A stretch of 64,000 nucleotides of DNA from Puia sp. (GTDB lineage: Bacteria > Bacteroidota > Bacteroidia > Chitinophagales > Chitinophagaceae), in assembly GCA_035541355.1 (NCBI GenBank), contig DATKNN010000013.1:80922-144921 (forward strand), read 5' to 3'. Of this stretch, positions 18,905 to 29,979 are shown in pieces. A program made the translations under genes and the position numbers. Below the pieces are notes generated by a model. The model had not been told where the DNA came from, searched no databases, and was given only the letters and a program-made list of their open reading frames with translations. Numbering within the stretch: the first letter of the stretch is position 1; every line of letters starts with the position of its first letter.

Positions 18905-20005
18905 ATGGGTTTGCAAGCAGGCATTGTAGGATTACCGAATGTAGGAAAATCAACTTTATTTAATGCAGTCAGCAACAGCGCCAAAGCACAGGCCAGCAAT
19001 TATCGTTTTTGTACTATTGAACCTAATGTTGGATTAGTGAATGTTCCCGATGAACGCCTCGATAAACTCGCTGAACTCGTTATGCCCAACAGGATTGTTC
19101 CGACACAAATTGAAATTGTTGATATCGCCGGCCTTGTGAAAGGCGCCAGCAAGGGTGAAGGGTTAGGTAATAAATTTCTGGCAAACATCCGCGAAGTAGA
19201 TGCTATCGTTCATGTGATACGTTGTTTTGAAGATGAAAATATTTTGCGTGATGAAGGTGCCATTAATCCGGTTGCAGACAAAGAAATTATTGACACAGAA
19301 TTACAGTTGAAAGACCTGGAAAGCATTGATAAAAAGTTTGCAAGAACAGAAAAGCTTGCTAAAACTGGAGATCTAAAAGCAAAGGCCGAATTTGAAGTGT
19401 TGAAAAAATGTAAAGACCATCTGGAAAAAGGGAAAAATATACGTGAACTGAATTTGAGCAAGGAAGAAAGAACAGCCGTAGCTGATTTATTTTTATTAAC
19501 AGAAAAACCTGTGCTTTATGTAGCGAATGTTGATGAAGCCAGCATGCACACGGGCAATAAATTTTCTGAAGCGCTGTCAAAAGCTGTTGCAAAAGAAAAT
19601 GCAAAAGTGATCATCATGAATAATTCCATTGAAGCGCAGATTGCTGAAATGGAAAATGCTGAAGACAGGCAAATGTTCATGGAAGAATATAAAATGAAAG
19701 AACCTGCATTAAATAAACTTATACGCTCAACCTATCAACTGCTCAACTTATTGACTTACTTCACTGCCGGCATACAGGAAGTTCGGGCATGGACTATTCA
19801 TGAGGGATGGAAAGCGCCACAAGCGGCAAGTGTGATCCACACAGATTTTGAGAAGGGTTTTATTAAAGCGGAAGTGATCGCATATAATGATTTTGTGCAG
19901 TACGGATCGGAAACTGCGTGCCGTGAGAATGGTAAGCTGCGGATTGAAGGGAAAGAATATGTTGTTAAAGATGGCGATGTAATGCATTTCAGGTTTAATG
20001 TATAA
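18905..20005 (+). CDS. ychF: Redox-regulated ribosome-binding ATPase YchF
   Basis: [44 protein letters not shown]-terminal TGS domain ending [11 protein letters not shown]. Confidence 0.98.
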   Translation: MGLQAGIVGLPNVGKSTLFNAVSNSAKAQASNYRFCTIEPNVGLVNVPDERLDKLAELVMPNRIVPTQIEIVDIAGLVKGASKGEGLGNKFLANIREVDAIVHVIRCFEDENILRDEGAINPVADKEIIDTELQLKDLESIDKKFARTEKLAKTGDLKAKAEFEVLKKCKDHLEKGKNIRELNLSKEERTAVADLFLLTEKPVLYVANVDEASMHTGNKFSEALSKAVAKENAKVIIMNNSIEAQIAEMENAEDRQMFMEEYKMKEPALNKLIRSTYQLLNLLTYFTAGIQEVRAWTIHEGWKAPQAASVIHTDFEKGFIKAEVIAYNDFVQYGSETACRENGKLRIEGKEYVVKDGDVMHFRFNV

Positions 20006-20070
20006 TCGTAAATGCATCAATGATGCATCAGGAAATTTGAATAATTAAGTGCAGGTGTCAATAGCTGAAG

Positions 20071-20106
20071 GCATTGTTGCTGCACCAGTGTGCGACGCAA
20101 CGATGC
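20071..20106. repeat. REP-like intergenic palindromic repeat, copy A
   Basis: GCATTGTTGC-tgcaccagtgtgcgac-GCAACGATGC: 10-bp imperfect inverted repeat. Its reverse complement matches 28758-28793 at 26 of 36 positions without gaps. Confidence 0.6.
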
Positions 20107-20131
20107 TGAAAAGAAATCAAAAGTTGGTCAA

Positions 20132-22114
20132 CTAATTTTTATTCACTTTTATCATAAACCCACCTCCCGGCGCTAAGTGAATTGGCATTACTGTATTTTT
20201 ATTTACTAAAATTTTTTCAATTACATAATCCGGTGCATAACGGTCGGCATTTGCTCCGTCTTTGCAAACCTCTGCTGTATAGTTCCCATCATGTAAAAAA
20301 TCAAATGAAATTTTAAAGTCACGCGGAGACCAGTCATTCATTCCACCTACAAACCAGTCCTCCCCTTTTTTTCTTGCAGTAATAATGTATGCTGCAATTT
20401 TTGCGTCAATGATTTTTGTTTCATCCCAGGTAGTAGGAATGCTGCCAAGCAATTCCATAAATTCAGGTTCATTGTAACCTTGGGATGGATTGCCAGAAAA
20501 TATCTGCATCGGGTTATCATACACCAAGAACATAGCCAACTGGTGGCAACGTGTGCCCTGGCTCATCGGGTAACCTTCAATAGTTCTGAAAGCCGCTTTG
20601 GTAGCGTTGTTCAGGAAACCAGGTTCATAATCGAAAGAGCCGGCAAGCATGCGTGTAAAAGGCAGCGTAAGATCATGACCGGGGGAAACCTTATCGCTCC
20701 AGATATTGTATTCGGAACCGAGCACACTTTCGCGTGTGATGGCATTCGGATATGTTCTGTTAAACCCTTTTGTAGGATAAGCCCCATGATACATGATCAT
20801 GATCTTATGTTTTGCACATGCCTCAGCAATACGATAATAAAACTGAACGGTCTTTTGGTCATCCCGATCAATAAAATCCGTCATAATAAAATCAACCCCC
20901 CATTTGTTAAAGCGGTCCAGCGCACTGTCTAATTGCCGGTCCAGCGCAAGCGCCAGGGTCCACATGCTGATCTTAATACCTCTTGATTTTGCATAGGCAA
21001 CAATACTGTCCATGTTGATGTTCGCATTGATTTTATAAAGGTCTTTATAGTCGCTCCATCCTGCATCCATCATGATCCTGTCGAAGCCAAAGCGTTTCGC
21101 AAAATCGATATAATATTTGTAGGTGTCCGTATTTACCCCTGATTTGAAAGGCACATTAAAAATATTCGTATTAATAATCCACTCATCGGTTGCCTTCCCG
21201 GCATGCACCCACGATACATCGGGTAGCCTTGAAGGAGAAGCCAGCCGGTAAACCATATCATTAGAAGGAAGTTCTTTATCCTCTTTAGCGATTATAATCA
21301 CCCGCCATGGAAAATTTCTCATGCCTTTTGTTTTCGCGATATAATCCGCACGTTTGACAACAATTTTTTCAGGATAATCCGCATCTGTTATTTTTTCTTC
21401 TTCGGGATAGCCTGCAAAGATTCCTTTCAATGAGGCCGATCCTGTTCCCTGCAAAAACATACCGGGGTATTCTTCGAGGTCTGACTCCGTTACCGCAATA
21501 TCAGGATAATACGGTTGCGTAATTAATACCGGGGAAAAAGCCATGGAAGTTTCAGGAATACTATCCATTTTTTTATACACATATGATTCTTCAAAGCTGG
21601 TATGAAAAATATCCTGGTCATCCCGCTTATGCACTTGAGGGAAATATACAGCAGGGTTTCCTGCAAAAGAAATTGAAGCCACTTCATTTTTAATGGTGAT
21701 CGAATCTTTAAAAGAAGTGATGATGCGATAGGCTATCCCATCATCGTAAGCACGAAAGATAACCTGATAGGGTTGTTTAAATTTTATAGACAGTTCGTTA
21801 TAAACATCAGGGATTGATTTTCGTTTTTCAGGTACAGGCGAAATAATAACATCATTTTCATTTTTTAAAAAATGAAATTTAATAGGATTATTCACAGACA
21901 ACGACCTGCCATCGCCCAACTGTAAATCAATGACCGAAGGAAGCAAAATGATTTTATTTTCAAAACTCACCTCGTATTGAAGTAATTTGCTCATCCAAAC
22001 TTTCACCATAATTTTTCCGGAAGGCGAGCGGACGGAAAGCGTATCTGCACACCATGCATCGGCAAAAAAGGAAAGAAAGACCACTACCAGGATATGATTT
22101 TTCATCTGAATCAT
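20132..22114 (-). CDS. Glycoside hydrolase family 97, probably of the retaining subgroup
   Basis: GH97 N-terminal, barrel and C-terminal motifs (PFTRMLAGSFDYEPG, GTRCHQLAM). TDFIDRDDQ places an Asp at the nucleophile position of retaining GH97s. Confidence 0.92.
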   Translation of the reverse strand: MIQMKNHILVVVFLSFFADAWCADTLSVRSPSGKIMVKVWMSKLLQYEVSFENKIILLPSVIDLQLGDGRSLSVNNPIKFHFLKNENDVIISPVPEKRKSIPDVYNELSIKFKQPYQVIFRAYDDGIAYRIITSFKDSITIKNEVASISFAGNPAVYFPQVHKRDDQDIFHTSFEESYVYKKMDSIPETSMAFSPVLITQPYYPDIAVTESDLEEYPGMFLQGTGSASLKGIFAGYPEEEKITDADYPEKIVVKRADYIAKTKGMRNFPWRVIIIAKEDKELPSNDMVYRLASPSRLPDVSWVHAGKATDEWIINTNIFNVPFKSGVNTDTYKYYIDFAKRFGFDRIMMDAGWSDYKDLYKINANINMDSIVAYAKSRGIKISMWTLALALDRQLDSALDRFNKWGVDFIMTDFIDRDDQKTVQFYYRIAEACAKHKIMIMYHGAYPTKGFNRTYPNAITRESVLGSEYNIWSDKVSPGHDLTLPFTRMLAGSFDYEPGFLNNATKAAFRTIEGYPMSQGTRCHQLAMFLVYDNPMQIFSGNPSQGYNEPEFMELLGSIPTTWDETKIIDAKIAAYIITARKKGEDWFVGGMNDWSPRDFKISFDFLHDGNYTAEVCKDGANADRYAPDYVIEKILVNKNTVMPIHLAPGGGFMIKVNKN

Positions 22115-22225
22115 TTTTGAAATCGCGAAGCCATCCTCAATTTCCGGATAGCTTCAGTAACGGCCATCAGTAACCGGAATGACGATTATTGCCCCCTGGG
22201 TTTGGCATTTTGGAAATGACCATTA

Positions 22226-23470
22226 CTATTGCGGCAATAAAACTTCATCAATGATATGATATACGCCATTGGCAGCATGATTATCCAGTTTGACCGCATT
22301 GGCAGCCGTACCGCTATAAGGCGTTCCTCCCGAAGGAAAAGTGCCATACCCCGTAAATTTCAGGCTGGTCACCACCGGACCGGTATAAGCAGGTGTTGCC
22401 AGAATGCCAGGGTGTGCTGCAACACTGCTATTGACCAATGTTTTTACAAAAAAGCCCGGGGTAATTGGAAAGTTCACAGAAAAAACCCTTATATCAGGAA
22501 TATATGCCCCACTTGCATTTGATGCAAGAAAATGATAAGCTACGATGCCTTTTACCATTTCAGTAGTAACATTATTTGTACTTAAAAATGCCGGCCCGGC
22601 AGCAACCGCACCATTTGCCTGGGCAGTGGCGATTGAAGCGCTACCGGTTGCAGCATATACCTGGGAATACACCAATCCAAAAACCAATGACTGAAAAGCC
22701 GCATCATTTGGAGCCAGTACAGTCATATTGGTTACCCCATACCCTAATAATGAGTCGAACTTATTTAATCCCGTTGAGCCGCTATCCGCACGGGCAACAG
22801 CGGCCCTGAAATATGACAGGTTAGTTTCTGCTGCAATCATTTGTTTTAATGTAGCCTGTGGCGGAGCTGCAATAGAATAAGCAGTATGAATAATTCCATT
22901 TGAGGCGGCCATATCAACCGCTGTAATCGGAACATTATTAACGTATGAATATGGTGAACCTACAGAAGGGAAAATTGGTAACCTGACAAAAGTTTGTATG
23001 GAATCCAAAACTATTTCGCTTGGTAAAGGATAGTTGGGAAAAGAAGTGCCGATGGATGTTGATTTGAATACCTGGCCAACAGTATTATAATTTACTATTC
23101 CCGCTGCACTTGAAGCTGGCAGTGCAGTATTGATAAAACCGAGGAAAGCATCATCGGGCGCATTTAACGGAACTGCTCCGCCGGAAGCAGCATTCACGAA
23201 AATTTTCATACCGGTATTATCGGTAGCAAACAAGGTGAAGGTTTTGCTATTATCGTTTAATGTTTGTGTTAACCCTGCCCTTGCTATCAATGCCGTATAA
23301 AAACTGTAATTCGGATTTGCAGCCAATGTAGCTGCAATACCATTTCCACTGGGATAAGTTGGTGTTGCAATAGGAGGAAGTTGCTCCGGCTGTTTGTTGC
23401 AGGAAACGATAAGCAAAAACACAGACAAAACCAGAAATGATAAGATTACTTTATTATATATATTTTTCAT
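22226..23470 (-). CDS. Fasciclin (FAS1) domain lipoprotein, two domains
   Basis: Lipobox IVSC. TLFATDN...NGIIH and TVLAPNDAAF...NGVYHIIDEVLLP are FAS1 H1/H2 motifs. Confidence 0.88.
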   Translation of the reverse strand: MKNIYNKVILSFLVLSVFLLIVSCNKQPEQLPPIATPTYPSGNGIAATLAANPNYSFYTALIARAGLTQTLNDNSKTFTLFATDNTGMKIFVNAASGGAVPLNAPDDAFLGFINTALPASSAAGIVNYNTVGQVFKSTSIGTSFPNYPLPSEIVLDSIQTFVRLPIFPSVGSPYSYVNNVPITAVDMAASNGIIHTAYSIAAPPQATLKQMIAAETNLSYFRAAVARADSGSTGLNKFDSLLGYGVTNMTVLAPNDAAFQSLVFGLVYSQVYAATGSASIATAQANGAVAAGPAFLSTNNVTTEMVKGIVAYHFLASNASGAYIPDIRVFSVNFPITPGFFVKTLVNSSVAAHPGILATPAYTGPVVTSLKFTGYGTFPSGGTPYSGTAANAVKLDNHAANGVYHIIDEVLLPQ

Positions 23471-23510
23471 TATAACAAGTTTTAGTTTTACAATTTAGGA
23501 CTGTCATTAA

Positions 23511-26252
23511 TTAATAAACATTGTATCCAAAGCTTATGTAATACAAGCCACCAATCTGTGAATTTCCTATGCCGTTATAATAATATTGATTTAATAAATT
23601 ATTAGCGCCGAGTTTTATTATCGATTTGGTTTTAGGAAGTTTCAGGCTTATTTGAGCATCTAAAGTGTGAACAGCAGGCAGGTTTCCGTTAGCAAAGTCT
23701 CCCTGGTAATAAAATCCTTCCTGCCATCTATACGCAACATTAAAGCCTAATAATTTTTTAGGGCCAAATCCTGTGTTACCAAAATTCATGTTGGCCTTGT
23801 ATTTTGGTGAATTAAAATAAGCAACAAAATTCGCAGGTACATCCGTTAAATTGTCGGATGCAATGTTGCCCCCAATAACAAAATTGAGTGGCAGGCGATA
23901 ATCAGCGCTTAATCCAAAACCATAAGTTTTTACATTGCCTGTGGCGTTAATCACCACTGAAATGTTTCTGACGGTAGCTGAAGGATCAGTAATTGGCTTA
24001 CCATTAGTAACCTGCACTGTATTTGTGCGGCTGAGGAAATTCTGATATTGCCCCCAGTATCCATATAAGTCAATCAGCAATCTATTATCAATCATTAATC
24101 CTTTATAACCTGCTTCGAATGAAGAAACTGACTCAGGTTTTACTGAAGGGAAAGGAACAAGAACCGGGTTGCCCGCCAGGTAACTTTGAGCATCATAAAG
24201 CGGGTTGGCCTGCAAGTTCAGATAATTAACAAATGAAGGATTACTGCCCACTAACAGTGTACTGCCCACCTGCAGGTTTATCCATTGCTGTTGATTGCTT
24301 GGAAAACGATAAGCTGTTTGATAAGAAAAACGCAGGTTATTATTTTCAGCCAGTTTAACTACAGCGGTTACCCTTGGGGTAAAATGACCGGAAAAATTAT
24401 CAGCTTTATCATATCTGCCAGATGCTGTAAGATTTAAAAAATGAGTTATCTTTTTGCTTAGTTGTACAAAAGCTCCATATTGTGCAACATTGAAAGGGCC
24501 TGTTGAATCCGAGAAAAGGGTGCCTTGAGAATTTAGCCGGTAGGTTTTATAGTTAGCTCCCAGCAGAATGTCTAAAAAACCATTTGTAATTGAACTCAGG
24601 TTGTAACTTCCTTCCACGGCATATAAGCTGGATTTATCTAACAACAAACCGCCACCTTTTGAAATAGGTGTTTTTCTGATGCCATCATACACTGAAGTAA
24701 ATGCCGTTGTGCCTGCAACAGGCCTTCCTATATCGGCAAAGGCCCTTGCTGCCTGGTGCGCATCATAATTATTCATACCATTCATGCGGTCACTCAAATA
24801 AGTGTAAGCATAGTCCACATACCATCCGTAAGGGGTTCCGGCCGGAGTAAATGCAACTGACGGCTTCCATGCCTCATTGAATATCCTCGTAGTTGCTGTA
24901 AGGTTAAAAGATTGGCCTGCGTTTTCCTGAGTGGTATACGCCCTCAGCATCCAGTTTTTATTATTCAGTTCAATTTTATACTGCCCCATTTTAAAGTCTT
25001 TCAGTGAATACCTGTCACTTCCTGTGTAAATAGTATTACCAGTTCCCCAATAACCTGCAGCCACCAATTCGGTATTTTCTGATAATTTATAATTCAAAGA
25101 ACCTGATAATTTAAAATTCACGGTATTCGGATCCACCAGATCTTTTTCCAAATAACCCGTACGTGAAACATTTTGCGGAGTTGCTAATAACCCATTTGCA
25201 TTTATAAAATCTGCAGCACCCGGCAGGTTTGCAGCAATACCGGAAAAAAGCAACCGCATATCTACGCTTGTTTCATCGCCATAAACATTTATACCATCAT
25301 AGTTGGGATCAGTTTGCCTGTTACCGGGAATAACCCCTCCTGTTGTTCCTGTCCTGCTGTAGTTCCTGTAATCATTACCAGTCCAGTCTTTTGCCTGAAC
25401 AAGCTCTGCATTTATTTTGAAAGCAAATTTTTCGGAGACTTTTTTTGCCCACCTTAAACTCCAGTTAGTGTATGGACTCGGAGAAACCCCTGAACCTCTT
25501 TGCATGAACCCTTCTTTGACGATGAATGACAGACCCTGATATTTAAATGGGTTCTTACTGGATATCAGCAATGTTCCATTCATACCTCCAGGGCCGTACA
25601 AAGCAGAAGACGCTCCGGATAATAATTCCATATTGTCTACATCCAGCTCGCTTAACCCGATAATAGCGCCTACAGAAAAATTTAAACCTGGCGCCTGGTT
25701 ATCCATACCATCTACTAATTGATTGAACCTGGTATTGCCACTGCTGTTAAAACCCCGGGTAGTGGGCGTAGAAAAAATCAGTGAAGAAGTTGTGATATCC
25801 ACCCCTTTTAATGCAGTAATTGCATCATAAAAATTTGCCGCTGGTGAATTACGAAGGTTTGCAGCGCTTATTCTTTCAATAGAAACAGGTGATTCCAGGA
25901 TTTTCTGCGGCACCCTGCTTGCCGATATCACGATCTCCTGTCCCAAATCAGCAGAAGGTTTCAAATCAATCTGGACAAGCGCAGTACCTTCCACTCCAAC
26001 TTCTTTTGTTTCGTATCCTACTGATGATACTACCAACGTAACAGGCAGGCTCCTGACTGTTAATTTAAAATTGCCTTTATCATCGGTAAAAGTTCCTCCT
26101 GTGCTGCCTTTAATAACAACAGACACAGCTCCCGCACCTTCTTTAGTGTTACTGTTTCTGACATTTCCATTAATTATTACAGGCTGGCTAAACGCACCAA
26201 GAGATAGAACTAAAGTAAAAGACAAGACTGCAATACTGAGGTAATTTCTCAT
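23511..26252 (-). CDS. TonB-dependent receptor (non-SusC type)
   Basis: Signal peptide, carboxypeptidase-regulatory-like N-domain, plug (QLVDGMDNQAPGLNF; GASSALYG), barrel ending LGANNLLN...YYISFGYNVY. Start taken at MRNYL. Confidence 0.93.
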   Translation of the reverse strand: MRNYLSIAVLSFTLVLSLGAFSQPVIINGNVRNSNTKEGAGAVSVVIKGSTGGTFTDDKGNFKLTVRSLPVTLVVSSVGYETKEVGVEGTALVQIDLKPSADLGQEIVISASRVPQKILESPVSIERISAANLRNSPAANFYDAITALKGVDITTSSLIFSTPTTRGFNSSGNTRFNQLVDGMDNQAPGLNFSVGAIIGLSELDVDNMELLSGASSALYGPGGMNGTLLISSKNPFKYQGLSFIVKEGFMQRGSGVSPSPYTNWSLRWAKKVSEKFAFKINAELVQAKDWTGNDYRNYSRTGTTGGVIPGNRQTDPNYDGINVYGDETSVDMRLLFSGIAANLPGAADFINANGLLATPQNVSRTGYLEKDLVDPNTVNFKLSGSLNYKLSENTELVAAGYWGTGNTIYTGSDRYSLKDFKMGQYKIELNNKNWMLRAYTTQENAGQSFNLTATTRIFNEAWKPSVAFTPAGTPYGWYVDYAYTYLSDRMNGMNNYDAHQAARAFADIGRPVAGTTAFTSVYDGIRKTPISKGGGLLLDKSSLYAVEGSYNLSSITNGFLDILLGANYKTYRLNSQGTLFSDSTGPFNVAQYGAFVQLSKKITHFLNLTASGRYDKADNFSGHFTPRVTAVVKLAENNNLRFSYQTAYRFPSNQQQWINLQVGSTLLVGSNPSFVNYLNLQANPLYDAQSYLAGNPVLVPFPSVKPESVSSFEAGYKGLMIDNRLLIDLYGYWGQYQNFLSRTNTVQVTNGKPITDPSATVRNISVVINATGNVKTYGFGLSADYRLPLNFVIGGNIASDNLTDVPANFVAYFNSPKYKANMNFGNTGFGPKKLLGFNVAYRWQEGFYYQGDFANGNLPAVHTLDAQISLKLPKTKSIIKLGANNLLNQYYYNGIGNSQIGGLYYISFGYNVY

Positions 26253-26424
26253 AAAGCAAATTTTCGTTAGAAATATATAGCCAAAATACATATTGTAAAA
26301 CTTACACAGAAATTTAATTTTCGCCAAAAATGGTAAATGCTGTTGATATTTAAAGCAGCCGGGTTACCCTTGTTTTCAAAACTCTCGTGTATATTCGGTA
26401 TTGAATTTATATTTTAGTTTTTCA

Positions 26425-27354
26425 ATGAAAACACTTCAGTTTCCCAATCAGACAAATTTTTATCGCGGCAAAGTGCGTGATGTGTATACTATCGCTGACA
26501 AATGGCTGGTCATGGTCGCATCAGATCGCATCTCCGCGTTCGATGTTATACTTCCTAAACCCATTCCTTATAAAGGACAAGTACTGAATCAAATCGCTGC
26601 GTATATGCTGAGGGCCACAGCAGATATTTGCCCAAACTGGCTAATGGATGTTCCGGCCCCAAATGTGGCATTAGGAAAAAAATGTATCCCTTTCCGGGTA
26701 GAGATGGTGGTGAGGGGAAATGTTACAGGTCATGCATGGCGCACATATAGCAGCGGCAAAAGAGAACTTTGCGGTGTTAAATTACCGGAAGGCATAAAAG
26801 AAAACGACTATTTCCCTTCCCCGATCATAACCCCTTCCACCAAAGCGGAAGTGGGGCACGATGAAGATATTTCAAGACAAGAAATCATTCGCCGCGGCAT
26901 TGCCAGTGAAAAAGATTATGAAGTGCTGGAAAAATATACCTATGCCTTATTTGAACGCGGAAAAGAAATCGCTTCAAAGCAAGGTTTAATTTTGGTAGAT
27001 ACAAAATATGAATTCGGAAAAATCGGCGATACCATCTATCTTATGGATGAAATTCACACTCCTGATTCATCCCGCTATTTTTATGCCGATGGTTTTGAAG
27101 AGCGCCAGCAAAAAGGGGAAAAGCAAAAGCAGTTGAGCAAAGAGTTTGTCCGCGAATGGTTAATCGCCAATAACTTTATGGGCAAAGAAGGACAAACTGT
27201 TCCTGAAATGACAGAGGAATGGATAACGGTGATCAGTAACCGTTATATTGAATTGTATGAAAAAGTAATCGGCAGGGATTTTGTTCCGCAGAAATTAAGT
27301 GATGAAGAAACTTACCAGCGGATTTTGTATTCATTAGGAAATCTTACAAAATAG
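26425..27354 (+). CDS. purC: Phosphoribosylaminoimidazole-succinocarboxamide synthase
   Basis: [37 protein letters not shown]. Confidence 0.98.
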   Translation: MKTLQFPNQTNFYRGKVRDVYTIADKWLVMVASDRISAFDVILPKPIPYKGQVLNQIAAYMLRATADICPNWLMDVPAPNVALGKKCIPFRVEMVVRGNVTGHAWRTYSSGKRELCGVKLPEGIKENDYFPSPIITPSTKAEVGHDEDISRQEIIRRGIASEKDYEVLEKYTYALFERGKEIASKQGLILVDTKYEFGKIGDTIYLMDEIHTPDSSRYFYADGFEERQQKGEKQKQLSKEFVREWLIANNFMGKEGQTVPEMTEEWITVISNRYIELYEKVIGRDFVPQKLSDEETYQRILYSLGNLTK

Positions 27355-27396
27355 TTTTTTAAATTCATTCTTGTTGTACAATAAAAACTTCACACT

Positions 27397-27522
27397 ATGA
27401 AAGATTGGTTAAGGGCATTAATAGCAGGATACGGCGCACACAAACTGGGAGGCGGCTGCTTAAGCACCGTAATTATCTTCTGTTTCATTTATTGGCTGCT
27501 TGGCCCGCATGGTTGCCATTAA
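27397..27522 (+). CDS. 41-aa small membrane protein, not in the ORF track
   Basis: ATG..TAA frame MKDWLRALIAGYGAHKLGGGCLSTVIIFCFIYWLLGPHGCH fills the purC-aminotransferase gap. It has an A-rich leader, an amphipathic N-terminus and one TM helix. Confidence 0.7.
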   Translation: MKDWLRALIAGYGAHKLGGGCLSTVIIFCFIYWLLGPHGCH

Positions 27523-27533
27523 CCCGCTGCAGA

Positions 27534-28712
27534 TTATTCTTTCATTTCGGAAATAGCGTGCAGCGCGTTTTCAATTTCTTCCTTAGTATTAAAATAATGC
27601 GGTGAAAGGCGGATTGCCCAGTCCGCCTTCTTCTTGTCAAAATCAATTCTTGCATTTTCGCGGAGGCTTATTGAAAAATAAATTTTTTCATTTTTTAATA
27701 TGGCTTTCAATTTATCTAATGCCATCCCGCTTTTATGAAATGTTACGATATTACTTTTTACCGAGCCTTTATCAAGTACCTGAACCCCTCCGATTGCCAT
27801 TAACCCCTCTCTTAAATTTTGCACCAATGGTTTGTTATAAGAATATATTTCAGATAATCCCAGCCGGTTTGCATGGCCAATAGCTTCTGTTAAGCCTACT
27901 AAAGCCGCATAAGGAAATTCCCACATCTCAAATCTTTTGGCATCCGTCAGCATTTCATATTCATCTGCATTTACCCAGTTGGCGCCACGCATATCAATAA
28001 ACAAGGGCTCAAGCTTATATTCAAGAACCTCATCGCTCACATACAAAAAACCCGTGCCCCTGGGCCCCCGCAAAAATTTTCTTCCTGTAGCACTCAAAAA
28101 ATCACAACCGATCTTTTTAACATCAACAGGCATTTGCCCAACAGACTGGCATGCATCTACCAGGTACCATGCCTCATAACGTTCACAAATTTTTCCAATT
28201 GCTTCCACATCCTGCACCAGCCCCGAATTGGTAGGAATATGTGTTACAGCTACCAGAACAGGATCATACTGCCTCATCTGTGCTTCAAAATGTTCCAGGT
28301 CGATATCTCCGTTTTCGAGGTTATTGGCCCGAACGGGTTTTATGCCAAATCTTTTCTGTAAAGAAAGAAAAGCTATCTGGTTAGAAATATAATCATCGTT
28401 GGTGGTAAGGATATAATCTCCTTGCTTAAACGGTATTGCAGATAATGCCCTCGCATAAGCATCTGTTGCATTATAGGCAAAAGCGATATTCACCGGTTTA
28501 CAGTTCAGCAACAGTGCAGTTTGCAGGTAGAATTCATTAATTTCTTTTGCCCTTATACTATCCGTTTCATAACCACCAAGCAATTCCTCCTGGTGCAGGT
28601 AGTTGTCCATTTTCTCAAGAACAGACCGGGGAGGCAGAGAAGACCCGGCACTGTCCAAAAATATTTTATCGTGGCATCCGGGGGTTTCTTTTCTTATTTT
28701 TAACAGGTCCAT
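27534..28712 (-). CDS. Aminotransferase class V PLP enzyme (EgtE-like C-S lyase subfamily)
   Basis: FLDSAGSS, DACQSVG, SATGRKFLRGPRGTG (PLP Lys), IRLSPHYFNT. No catalytic-Cys loop of the NifS/SufS type. Confidence 0.85.
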   Translation of the reverse strand: MDLLKIRKETPGCHDKIFLDSAGSSLPPRSVLEKMDNYLHQEELLGGYETDSIRAKEINEFYLQTALLLNCKPVNIAFAYNATDAYARALSAIPFKQGDYILTTNDDYISNQIAFLSLQKRFGIKPVRANNLENGDIDLEHFEAQMRQYDPVLVAVTHIPTNSGLVQDVEAIGKICERYEAWYLVDACQSVGQMPVDVKKIGCDFLSATGRKFLRGPRGTGFLYVSDEVLEYKLEPLFIDMRGANWVNADEYEMLTDAKRFEMWEFPYAALVGLTEAIGHANRLGLSEIYSYNKPLVQNLREGLMAIGGVQVLDKGSVKSNIVTFHKSGMALDKLKAILKNEKIYFSISLRENARIDFDKKKADWAIRLSPHYFNTKEEIENALHAISEMKE

Positions 28713-28757
28713 CCTTTCAACATTTTTTTGTTGTAACAAACATTAACCCCTGATTAC

Positions 28758-28793
28758 ACATCGTTGCCACGCTCGCTTGTACGGCAGCAATCC
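28758..28793. repeat. REP-like intergenic repeat, copy B
   Basis: ACATCGTTGCCACGCTCGCTTGTACGGCAGCAATCC aligns without gaps to copy A (26 of 36). Confidence 0.55.
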
Positions 28794-28869
28794 TATTCAC
28801 CTGTCGCCAAACGGCATTCAAAGAGTTTTTATTTGCGTATATATATCTCCGTTATTATCTTTTCAAAGT

Positions 28870-29928
28870 TCATTTCACATCCGGCACTATTAACTTATCA
28901 CTCAACTTCGGCCTCAACCTGTGCCTCGATTTGTTGAATACCATAATCCCGTTCATTTTCCCCTTGCGCATTTGCTTTTGCTCGCCCTCAGGCAATTCAT
29001 ATATTTCTTTGCATTCCGTACTGCAGCACCCGTTATACGCTTTCGCACATGCTTCGCACTGGATAAACAGCAAATGACACCCGTCATTTTTACAATTGGT
29101 GTGGGTATCGGCAGGTTTACCGCATTGGTGACACCTGGCAATCACATCATCTGTAATCCGCTCTCCCAGCCTGTCATCAAAAACAAAATTTTTCCCGATG
29201 AACTTACTTTGCAATTTTTTTTCTTTTATCTGCCTTGCGTAGTTAATAATCCCGCCTTCGAGATGAAAAACATTTTTAAATCCTTTATGCAATAAATAAG
29301 CGCTGGCTTTTTCACAACGAATGCCACCCGTGCAATACATGATGATGTTCCTGTCTTTTTTATCATGGAGCATATCAATGCTCATCGGCAATTGCTCGCG
29401 GAAAGTATCAGAGGGTATTTCAATCGCATTATGGAAATGCCCTACTTCATATTCATAATGATTACGCATATCCACCACAATGGTCTCAGTATCTTCGGTA
29501 AGTTTATTGAATTGCTCAGCATTTACATATTTTCCTTTATTCCGCATATCGAATAAGGGGTCGGTAATGCCATCCGCTACAATCTTGTCCCGCACTTTTA
29601 TCTTCAGTACCCAAAACGACTTGCCGTTGTCCTCAACAGCAATATTTAGCCGAAGGTGATTAAGCGGCTCAATGGAATACAGGAAATTTTTAAGGGAATC
29701 TAAATTGCCTGAGGGAACACTTATTTGTGCGTTAATACCTTCATTTGCCACATAAATCCTTCCGAACACTTTCAATGCATGCAAAGATTTATACAGTGCG
29801 TCTCTGAACTGCAGCGGGTTTTCAATAAAAAAATACTGATAAAACGAGATCGTAGTGCGAGGTTCTGTTTCCTGGTATAATTTTCGTTTGAGTTCCTCCT
29901 GTGAAACCCGGTTGTGCAATGCTGCCAT
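28870..29928 (-). CDS. trhO: Rhodanese-domain tRNA uridine(34) hydroxylase (YceA/TrhO family)
   Basis: [46 protein letters not shown] and a Cys-rich C-terminus. Confidence 0.92.
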   Translation of the reverse strand: MAALHNRVSQEELKRKLYQETEPRTTISFYQYFFIENPLQFRDALYKSLHALKVFGRIYVANEGINAQISVPSGNLDSLKNFLYSIEPLNHLRLNIAVEDNGKSFWVLKIKVRDKIVADGITDPLFDMRNKGKYVNAEQFNKLTEDTETIVVDMRNHYEYEVGHFHNAIEIPSDTFREQLPMSIDMLHDKKDRNIIMYCTGGIRCEKASAYLLHKGFKNVFHLEGGIINYARQIKEKKLQSKFIGKNFVFDDRLGERITDDVIARCHQCGKPADTHTNCKNDGCHLLFIQCEACAKAYNGCCSTECKEIYELPEGEQKQMRKGKMNGIMVFNKSRHRLRPKLSDKLIVPDVK

Positions 29929-29979
29929 AATTTTGAAATTTTAAGGACACTTGCCTGGTGAACAAAATTTCCGAAGCTG

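Noticed and set aside
20012-20028. Perfect palindrome ATGCATCA-A-TGATGCAT after ychF
   Set aside because: Single occurrence, 1-nt loop and no U tract. It may aid termination between convergent genes, but nothing further supports a function.
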